From: Candidatus Altiarchaeales archaeon
GTDB taxonomy: Archaea; Altiarchaeota; Altiarchaeia; IMC4; SCGC-AAA252-I15
Assembly (NCBI GenBank): GCA_014727915.1
Contig: WJMO01000006.1
Span: 160,001 to 224,000 of the forward strand
Length of the DNA: 64,000 bases
Direction: 5' to 3'
In this document: piece by piece, positions 56,828 through 64,000 of the stretch
Numbering within the stretch: position 1 is the first letter of the stretch
Layout of the letters: each line of letters starts with the position of its first letter
Notes under the pieces: generated by a model
Told to the model about the DNA's origin: nothing
What the model saw: only the letters and a program-made list of their open reading frames with translations
Databases searched by the model: none
Made by a program: the position numbers and the translations under genes

Positions 56828-57553
56828 ATGGAGGACAGGTGCCCAACGGGTATCATGGGATTCGACAATCTGGTAGGTGGTGGTCTGCCCAGGTCCAGGA
56901 CGGTCCTCGTTAATGGGACCTGCGGGACTGGTAAGACTGTGTTCTCGACGCAGTTCCTATACAGGGGTGCCGTAGACTACGGGGAGCCCGGGATACTGGT
57001 CATGCTGGAGCAGGACGCCGAGGAGTTCAAAGACGACATGCGGTCGTTCAACATAGACCTGAAGAGGCTGGAGGACGAAGGTAAGCTGATAATAATAAAC
57101 GCCAAGCTCACCCACAGGGAGGGTAACTTCCTGGAGTTGAAGTCGGAAACCCACGACATAAACCCGGACATGGCTACGGTAGACAATTTGACAGAGGTTA
57201 TCAGGGGTGCGGTGGATCAGATAGGCGCGAAGAGGGTTGTGTTGGACAGCCTCAGCTCCATGACGTTGTCGTTCGAGGATTCCAGGAGCCTCCGACATCT
57301 CATACTGAACCTGAACTACACTTTGAAGAGCCTGGGTTTGACGACCTTGATAATCTCGGACGAGATAGCCGGGGACGTGACTGAAGCGGCTGAGAAGTAC
57401 GTCGTAGACGGTGTGCTGACGTTGAGGTATGTGACTGTCGGACCGGACCCGGGGAGGACCCTGGTCATCGACAAGATGAGAAAGACACGCCACAGCGAGA
57501 ACATCCACACACTGAGGTTCGGGGACGATGGGATAGAGATACTTGAAGAGTAA
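56828..57553 (+). CDS. KaiC/RAD55-like RecA-fold ATPase, single domain
   Basis: PTGI.GFD...GGGLP, GTCGTGKT, VVLDS, KMR. Confidence 0.92.
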   Translation: MEDRCPTGIMGFDNLVGGGLPRSRTVLVNGTCGTGKTVFSTQFLYRGAVDYGEPGILVMLEQDAEEFKDDMRSFNIDLKRLEDEGKLIIINAKLTHREGNFLELKSETHDINPDMATVDNLTEVIRGAVDQIGAKRVVLDSLSSMTLSFEDSRSLRHLILNLNYTLKSLGLTTLIISDEIAGDVTEAAEKYVVDGVLTLRYVTVGPDPGRTLVIDKMRKTRHSENIHTLRFGDDGIEILEE

Positions 57554-57554
57554 A

Positions 57555-59057
57555 ATGAGCCGGAGCGCAGCAACCGCAGCCCTTTTCCTGATCATTTTCT
57601 CCGCCGTTAATGCGAGCGGTTTTGGGGAAGGGGACGTATACCGGATACTCATGAAAGGAGTGTGTTTGAACTCAGAGGAGGGCATGCCCTGCAAGACCCC
57701 GGGGGATATGGAGGAAATGTTCTATGGGGTCTGCTGTTCGGGCGTGTGCAACGTCAACGCCGACGACTGCAGCGAACGTGGTGAGATGCGTTTGGAGATC
57801 GTCAGGACGATATCACGGAAGATGTGCGAGCAGAGATATGATGGAACGGAATGCTACATGCCGGACCTGTTCCAGAAGGTTGAGGGCACGGAATTCTTCG
57901 GGGTATGCTGCCGGGGGGAATGCAACTGGGGTGAGAGGAAGTGCGTCAGCTACTGCGGGGACGGATACTGCACGAGCCAGGAGCAGAGGGAGGGGAACTG
58001 CGCTGAAGACTGCGGGAAAGCCATGAAGGACGATAAGGAAGAGGTCAGGATGAGCACGGAGGAGATGATGGAGGAGATGAGGGTGATAGGGTGCCTGGGC
58101 ATCGAGGAAGGAGGGAATTGCGTCTTCCCCGGTGACTTCACCCAATGGACCAACATATCAGGGGTGTGCTGCGGGGGTAAATGCCAGTTCAGAAAAGAGG
58201 CATGCATCGAAAAGGCAGTTGACGCGAACAAGCCCGACCTCATCGTTAAGTCCATCGACATCTCGCCCGAAAAGCCAGAAGCGTACGATAAGGTGAACGT
58301 TACCGTTACCGTGGAGAACACGGGCCGGGAGAACGTGTTGGAGAGCTTCTGGATACTGTTGGAGATACGCGACAGCGGGGTTCTTTTGACGGAGGACAAC
58401 CAGGAGGTCAACGAGACCGTATTAAGGGGTTCGACCATAACGCACACGTTCACAGACAACCTCGGGCTTGGGAGGTCGGGTTCGTTCCGGGTCACGGTCG
58501 ACGTCGACGCCAACTCGAACTTCCCCCACCAGAACAACCTGATAGACGAGGTCGACGAGGACAACAACGGCGGTTCGAAGGTGTTATACGTCCTCGACGG
58601 CGTGAGGGGCGTCTGCGGCGACAGAATATGCAGCGAATCAGAGTTGAAAAGGGGGGATTGCACCGTCGACTGCGGTGGGGACGAGTACTGCGGAGACGAC
58701 ATATGCAGTGACGCGGAAAGGAAATCCGGCTCCTGCAGTACGGACTGCGGCACATCCGTTGGAGGAGATGGCGGATATCCCCTGAAGATGATTATCGCAG
58801 GAGCGGCAGCTGTCATAGTCGCTGCCATAATCGTCTTGTACAATTTGACGGGAAGGCGTCAGGGACCAGAAGTCATTGAGACTGCAAAGTCCCGGGAGGA
58901 CCTGGAGCGGGAGAGGGACGAGCTCGAGAAGATGACCGCCCTAGCCAAGGCCAAATACCATCGGAGGGAGCTGGACGAGGAGAGCTTCCGGGAGATCGTC
59001 CGGGACAACCAGAGGAAGATAATCGAACTGGAGCTGAAGATGAAATCCATGAGATAG
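57555..59057 (+). CDS. Cys-rich CARDB surface protein with C-terminal TM and coiled coil
   Basis: Three GVCC.G.C units, CGDG.C repeats, PDLIV...EVDEDNN. Confidence 0.8.
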   Translation: MSRSAATAALFLIIFSAVNASGFGEGDVYRILMKGVCLNSEEGMPCKTPGDMEEMFYGVCCSGVCNVNADDCSERGEMRLEIVRTISRKMCEQRYDGTECYMPDLFQKVEGTEFFGVCCRGECNWGERKCVSYCGDGYCTSQEQREGNCAEDCGKAMKDDKEEVRMSTEEMMEEMRVIGCLGIEEGGNCVFPGDFTQWTNISGVCCGGKCQFRKEACIEKAVDANKPDLIVKSIDISPEKPEAYDKVNVTVTVENTGRENVLESFWILLEIRDSGVLLTEDNQEVNETVLRGSTITHTFTDNLGLGRSGSFRVTVDVDANSNFPHQNNLIDEVDEDNNGGSKVLYVLDGVRGVCGDRICSESELKRGDCTVDCGGDEYCGDDICSDAERKSGSCSTDCGTSVGGDGGYPLKMIIAGAAAVIVAAIIVLYNLTGRRQGPEVIETAKSREDLERERDELEKMTALAKAKYHRRELDEESFREIVRDNQRKIIELELKMKSMR

Positions 59058-59085
59058 GCCGGCCGGGTTTGAAAGGGGGGTTAAA

Positions 59086-60291
59086 TTGAAAAACGTCGTT
59101 TTTTGGAAGTTGACTTTGGCTCTTGCAATTGCCATCACCGTTTCATATATCATCATTTTGGCGGGAATCCCAGCCTATGGGCACCCTGAGGACTCTGAAG
59201 AACGGGGGCCTGTTGATTCCAGCGATGCCACAGCCAAGCTCCTATCCCTAGGCTACTTGAGCCACGCGAGGGAAAGCCATGACCGGGGGGTGGGTGTTAC
59301 CGTCTACGACCGGGTTTCCGCATACGATGGTTTGAATCTGTTCACGAATCTTTGGACGAGTGAAGTGCTGTTGATGGACATGAACGGAAGTGTGAGGCAC
59401 ACGTGGACTTTGGACGGCAGATACTGGCATCATGCCGTAGAGGACAACATGAGCCTTGTTGGTTTGGCCTACCGGGTCGTCGACGGTGATGTAGAGGGCA
59501 GCATAGTAAGGATGGACAAGGGTTCTAACATAATATGGAAGTCCCCGGGCACATACCATCATGGGGTATGGGTGACTGACGACGGTAGAGTGTATTCCAT
59601 TGACGGTTCCAAGACGATGCCCGGGGAACGTAGGAACATAACAGTAGGGGGCAGGGGTTACATGATAGTCGACAACCACATCGTCGAACTATCGCCTTCG
59701 GGCGAGGTCGTTGATTCTGTCTCTGTCTTTGACCTGGTGGAAGACCTGGTGAACAACGAGACCATGGCCGAATACGGGGATTATCTCCCGTTCGAAGCGG
59801 TTGAAGTGCTCCACACAAACTACGTCGAGGAGGTCCGTGAAGACCTGGGATACGCGAACGAGGGTGATGTCCTCTTCTGCGTGAGGAATCTGGACCTCAT
59901 CGGCATAGCAGACATGGACGAGGAAAAGCTGGTCTGGCATTGGGGCCCCGGGGTTTTGGAGCACCCCCACAGCCCCAGCATATTGGACGGGGGTAACATT
60001 CTCGTCTTTGACAACGGCGTTCGCAGGGGATATTCCAGGGTGTTGGAGTTGGACCCTCGTACGGGAGAGGTGGTCTGGGAGTATGAAGGAAGCCCGCCGG
60101 AGTCGTTCTATTCGGAGAGTAGGGGTTGGGCTCAGAGGCTTCCCAACAACAACACGCTGATAACAGAATCGGACATGAGCCGCGTGTTCGAAGTCACAAG
60201 GGAGGGCAGGATTGTGTGGGAGTACTGGAACACACACGCGGACGATGAGAACCGGACAGCAATAATCTGCTCTATGCAGAGGATAGGATGA
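59086..60291 (+). CDS. Arylsulfotransferase-like beta-propeller
   Basis: HH, HTN, HPHS...GNILVFDNG, AQRLPNNNTLITES. Confidence 0.85.
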   Translation: MKNVVFWKLTLALAIAITVSYIIILAGIPAYGHPEDSEERGPVDSSDATAKLLSLGYLSHARESHDRGVGVTVYDRVSAYDGLNLFTNLWTSEVLLMDMNGSVRHTWTLDGRYWHHAVEDNMSLVGLAYRVVDGDVEGSIVRMDKGSNIIWKSPGTYHHGVWVTDDGRVYSIDGSKTMPGERRNITVGGRGYMIVDNHIVELSPSGEVVDSVSVFDLVEDLVNNETMAEYGDYLPFEAVEVLHTNYVEEVREDLGYANEGDVLFCVRNLDLIGIADMDEEKLVWHWGPGVLEHPHSPSILDGGNILVFDNGVRRGYSRVLELDPRTGEVVWEYEGSPPESFYSESRGWAQRLPNNNTLITESDMSRVFEVTREGRIVWEYWNTHADDENRTAIICSMQRIG

Positions 60292-60370
60292 GGACAGGAC
60301 TGATGTATAAATGCTCCCAGCCAGGACACCATCAAAAGGCAAAAAGAATGCATTCCTGGGGATGATGGTT

Positions 60371-62014
60371 TTAATTCACGTAACCGAGTGACTTAAGCTG
60401 ATCTTTGACTGTTTCAGGGGTCTCGATAATATTTTCTTCCTGGAGGTCCTTGAAGGAGTAGTCCAATAGCATCTGCTGGAGATGGGCGGCGCAATTGTCG
60501 CATCCAAGTTGAAGGTTCCTCTGTTCGAACGGGTCGGATGAAAGGTTGTAAACTTCCATCCTGTAGGGTAGTTCGAGCACCTGTTCCTGCCTTACCATCA
60601 GGAATTCCTCGTTATACGAGTTGACCCTGGACCTGATGTACTTAATCTCCCCGTCTATGAGCATGTCCCGCCCATATCTGCCTCCAGCGTAGATGTAGGG
60701 TTTGTCATAGGATAGGTTGAAGAAGTTCATGCCCTTGAAGGTCGAAGGAGCCTCAACCCCCAATAGGTATAGTGTCGAGGGCGCAAGATCTATCATCTCG
60801 ACCGGCTTTTTTACGACTAGGCCTTTATCAAGGCCTGGCTTGTAGAAGAGGAGGGGGACCTTAAGCTGCTCATTGTATATCGTGTATACGTGGAATCTGC
60901 CTCCATGCTCGAAAAACTCCTCTCCGTGGTCGGCGGTAAAAATAAAGAGGGTGTTCTCATCGTATTCTGAGATCTTCCCCATGAGATTGGATATCATATA
61001 GTCTGTGTATGCGATTTCTTGGTCGTACTTGCATATCTGAAGTCGTTGGAACCGGCGCTTTGAAGGCAGCAAACCTCCCCCGGGATCGCAAAACATGCTA
61101 TCATAGGGTTTTGGAGCTATGAAGGGATAGTGTACGTCCATGTAATGGAGATATAGGAAAAACTTCTCTGGTCTTTCCTCTTTCAGCCATTTAAGTGCCT
61201 TTTCCTCTATCTTGGATGCTGTTTCGAACTTCTCAACCTCTTCATCGCCTATGAAACCCCGACTGTTGACATAGTATGTGTCAAATCCTTGACCAAGGTT
61301 TTTACGCTCGTGCATGAAGGGGTTCAGGACGAATGCTGCGGTCTTATAGCCTTCGAGGGAAAGCACCTCAGCGAGTGTGGTATGGTCGTCGCTTAAGCGG
61401 TTTTCAAAGGGCACTTCGATTATTCCGTGTGATTTGGGATATTCTGAGGTGAATATCGAGGCTACCGAGGGGGTTGTGTAGGCCTCCTGGCTGTATGCAT
61501 TGGCAAAGTTGACAGAGGCTAGTGCAATATTGTCCAGGTTGGGTGTGGTGTTCCGGGGATAACCGTTGAAGCCCATATGGTCAGAGCGCAGGGCGTCTAC
61601 GAGGAATATCACAACATTGCAGTCTTCACAGATTAAATCGCCTATCAGACCATCATAGGACAAGTTGCTCGAGTGATCAAATTCTCTCCTGGACAGAGGA
61701 TGTTCTACATTGTAGGATTGGAAGAAAGGTTGATAGTATTCGCCGGTTAGGACCATTTGAGTGCGTATGTCCAGGACCCTGTTGGCGGTGTCGCTCCTGA
61801 GGTGATCCGGGTTGAATAGTGGGTAAAACTCGAATCCGGTGGCAGCCTGATAGGATATGTAGGGGATAATGACGAGGAGTATGGGAATCAGATAGACTAG
61901 GATATACCTCCGAAAATCCCATTTTGACATGGATAAGGGATAAGAGTGAGTGTATAATAACTGAGTGATTATGGGGGCGGTTTCGACCGATATGATGTTT
62001 AGCTGGCCGGGCAT
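60371..62014 (-). CDS. Membrane-anchored sulfatase-like protein
   Basis: DALRSDH, TTPSV, HYMDVH, TADHGE, LKSLGYVN; true start probably the internal MSKW. Confidence 0.85.
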   Translation of the reverse strand: MPGQLNIISVETAPIITQLLYTHSYPLSMSKWDFRRYILVYLIPILLVIIPYISYQAATGFEFYPLFNPDHLRSDTANRVLDIRTQMVLTGEYYQPFFQSYNVEHPLSRREFDHSSNLSYDGLIGDLICEDCNVVIFLVDALRSDHMGFNGYPRNTTPNLDNIALASVNFANAYSQEAYTTPSVASIFTSEYPKSHGIIEVPFENRLSDDHTTLAEVLSLEGYKTAAFVLNPFMHERKNLGQGFDTYYVNSRGFIGDEEVEKFETASKIEEKALKWLKEERPEKFFLYLHYMDVHYPFIAPKPYDSMFCDPGGGLLPSKRRFQRLQICKYDQEIAYTDYMISNLMGKISEYDENTLFIFTADHGEEFFEHGGRFHVYTIYNEQLKVPLLFYKPGLDKGLVVKKPVEMIDLAPSTLYLLGVEAPSTFKGMNFFNLSYDKPYIYAGGRYGRDMLIDGEIKYIRSRVNSYNEEFLMVRQEQVLELPYRMEVYNLSSDPFEQRNLQLGCDNCAAHLQQMLLDYSFKDLQEENIIETPETVKDQLKSLGYVN

Positions 62015-62087
62015 AGCAGCCTGGAGGGGATGGAGCGACCGAAGAAGACAGGCATATTGGAGGACGGGAAGGGAAGCCCGGGAGGGG

Positions 62088-62381
62088 TCATACTTCCATG
62101 CAGTCGTGGTAGCTTTTGTCCCGGGTGTCGTATTTGCAGCATTCCCTGACTCCGACTTCAGCGGAGTTCACGTTGCAGTATGGCCTCCTAGCGGGACAGA
62201 CATACAAGACCTCCTTGGTGTCCCATTCGATTATCTTCTGGGGCCAGCTCCACTCGCAGTAGTATATCCGGTCGCCGGAGGTTTTCTCCTCCGACGGTGA
62301 TAGGGTGACTTCCACGTTGGTTCCCATGCACACGCACCCGGAAGCAAGCAGGACCAGGACAACCAGTATGAGAGAGCGCAT
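62088..62381 (-). CDS. Small Cys-rich lipoprotein-like protein
   Basis: Signal ending ASGC; several Cys in the mature part. Confidence 0.6.
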   Translation of the reverse strand: MRSLILVVLVLLASGCVCMGTNVEVTLSPSEEKTSGDRIYYCEWSWPQKIIEWDTKEVLYVCPARRPYCNVNSAEVGVRECCKYDTRDKSYHDCMEV

Positions 62382-62420
62382 GGTAACACATGAAATTACA
62401 CCAATATAAGGGAGCAAGTG

Positions 62421-63416
62421 TTATTTTCTCCTTTGGAGAACGTGGTATCTGCTTCCCGAGATGAGCATCACCGCGTTGTTGAATTTCTCCAGTTGCACGC
62501 CAGGCAGGTTGTTTTCCATCTTCATGTCGGATAGGGGTATGTTATGTATCTCAGGAGGCCGGGCTGGATTCACAGTCGAACCTATGCTCTCGTATCCTAT
62601 TTCATGGAGTGTTTTAAGGGTTGTCTCCTCGTGTTCGGCCACGACCGCAACGGCATCGGAGGCTAGGTGGTTATGGTCGAGTTTACTGACCCAACTGGTT
62701 ATCTCCTCCTGGCCAAGGTCCTCCCTGAGGAACCGGTGGTATTCCATCCCCTTGAATATCGCATAGTCGAATTTCCCGCCGCCCAATATGTTTGAAAGTA
62801 TGGTCTCGTCGCCCGACACCGAAGGTATGAAAGTAAAGTGCTCCCATGTGAGGTACCTGCCCATCTTACGCCAGTCTCTCTCGCCTATGCTATATCCTAT
62901 ACGTTCATGGGCGTATTTGATCCTCCGGATGCCCTCCCCGTGCTCGGATGTTATAGGATATTGGAGGGCTTCTTCTATGTCTCTGCGTATAGGCCCTGAC
63001 TTTATGAAGTTCCCGAAAACCATTGAGGGGTCTAATTTGAGCGCTTCCAACAGTCCGGCTCCTGCTATCATCTCCCCCTCGTGCATGCACATGCCCACGA
63101 GCCGGCCCTGGGTGCATGTGTTGACAAGCCAGAGGGTGTCGGCTCCCATCTCAGGGTAGAATCCCAAGCCCGTGAATATTGGCTTCCCGTCGGATCTGCG
63201 AATCCTAGAGAGTTCGCTCTGCTGTCTCAGCTGCTCGTGTAGGCATCCCAGGCCTGTCTTGCCCGTGTGTTTGGCAAGCCAGAAGACGGGATGTTCAAGT
63301 ATTTCAGTTTCGGGAGGTTCAGACAGGGGGATCGGCTCGCCGGCCAGGAACTGGAGGGGGTCAGGCACCATAGGGCCGGGGATAGATTTATTCGTCAACT
63401 GGCCTGGAACCACCAT
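62421..63416 (-). CDS. Hypothetical protein
   Basis: Long ORF, no recognised motif. Confidence 0.6.
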   Translation of the reverse strand: MVVPGQLTNKSIPGPMVPDPLQFLAGEPIPLSEPPETEILEHPVFWLAKHTGKTGLGCLHEQLRQQSELSRIRRSDGKPIFTGLGFYPEMGADTLWLVNTCTQGRLVGMCMHEGEMIAGAGLLEALKLDPSMVFGNFIKSGPIRRDIEEALQYPITSEHGEGIRRIKYAHERIGYSIGERDWRKMGRYLTWEHFTFIPSVSGDETILSNILGGGKFDYAIFKGMEYHRFLREDLGQEEITSWVSKLDHNHLASDAVAVVAEHEETTLKTLHEIGYESIGSTVNPARPPEIHNIPLSDMKMENNLPGVQLEKFNNAVMLISGSRYHVLQRRK

Positions 63417-63464
63417 CCTATTAGTAGAACAGGGAAATTATAGGTAATAAGTCTGTGGGTTTTT

Positions 63465-64000
63465 TTATGCTATTTTTTTGAGCCCATCCTCGATCAACTC
63501 CTGGAATTGGATGTAATCCTTGTCGCCTTCTAGGGGTTTTCCGTTTATGAAGAACTGGGGTGTGCCGCTTACTCCCACGTTTGAGCCGTCAGCGATGTCT
63601 GCCATCACTTCCTCAGTGTTTTCTCCGGAGTCGAGGCATTGGTTGAATTCTCCCATGTCCAATCCTATGTCGCGGGCGTATTTTCTCAGGGAGTTCACGC
63701 CGAGTTCCTGCTGGTTCTGGAAGAGGAGGTCGTGGTATTCCCAGAACATGCCCTGGTCGTCGGCGCACTCGGCAGCCTCCGCAGCCTTCATTGCGTGATC
63801 GTGTTTGCTCAGCGGGAAGTCGCGGAACACCAGCCTGGCTTTCCCGGTGTCAATGTATTCTTCCTTCAACTTCGAGAGGGTGTCCTGGGCGAATCTCCCG
63901 CAGAAGGGGCATTCGAACTCGGAGAATGCGATTATGGTGACGGGAGCGCCGGGGTCTCCGAGGACGGGGTCGTCGTCCTCGCCCGGCGGCTCTATGAACC
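63465..64000 (-). CDS. DsbA-family oxidoreductase, 5' end outside window
   Basis: Frame open to the edge: DDPVLGDPGAPVTIIAFSEFECPFC...RDFPL...GTPQF. Confidence 0.9.
   Translation of the reverse strand, partial: FIEPPGEDDDPVLGDPGAPVTIIAFSEFECPFCGRFAQDTLSKLKEEYIDTGKARLVFRDFPLSKHDHAMKAAEAAECADDQGMFWEYHDLLFQNQQELGVNSLRKYARDIGLDMGEFNQCLDSGENTEEVMADIADGSNVGVSGTPQFFINGKPLEGDKDYIQFQELIEDGLKKIA

Noticed and set aside
56828-57553. Circadian clock
   Set aside because: Single-domain archaeal KaiC-like ATPase with no kaiA/kaiB nearby

Overview
Archaeal chromosome segment. Evidence: Cbf5, L14e, NreA with a PIP box, BHB-intron tRNAs and GGAGGTGA SD sites. The many Cys-rich/CARDB surface proteins suggest a DPANN/Altiarchaeota-like lineage (inference). 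1-27.8 kb holds metal/redox and envelope genes around three membrane-anchored HTH regulators; their promoters carry phased hexamer direct repeats (TGAAAC x3 at +22/+21 bp, plus GGAAC and GGTTACC variants). An unannotated 8-aa micro-ORF (MGPGCGCC) with a perfect SD heads the metal operon. 28.06-41.92 kb is an AT-richer tandem pair of related elements at the tRNA-Thr(TGT) 3' end: a 0.84-kb hicBA remnant and a 13-kb decayed VirB4 element. The large element carries duplicated [giant secreted protein + small membrane protein] modules, and a 1.9-kb cassette bounded by a 7-bp repeat splits a CARDB domain. 42-64 kb holds housekeeping and surface genes plus tRNA-Pro(GGG, intron, C33), tRNA-Ala(GGC, intron) and tRNA-Ser(GCT). 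tRNA-Thr and tRNA-Ala both have their 5' end duplicated about 100 bp upstream. No CRISPR array, rRNA or intact integrase/transposase was seen. All family calls come from motif recognition by eye, not database searches.
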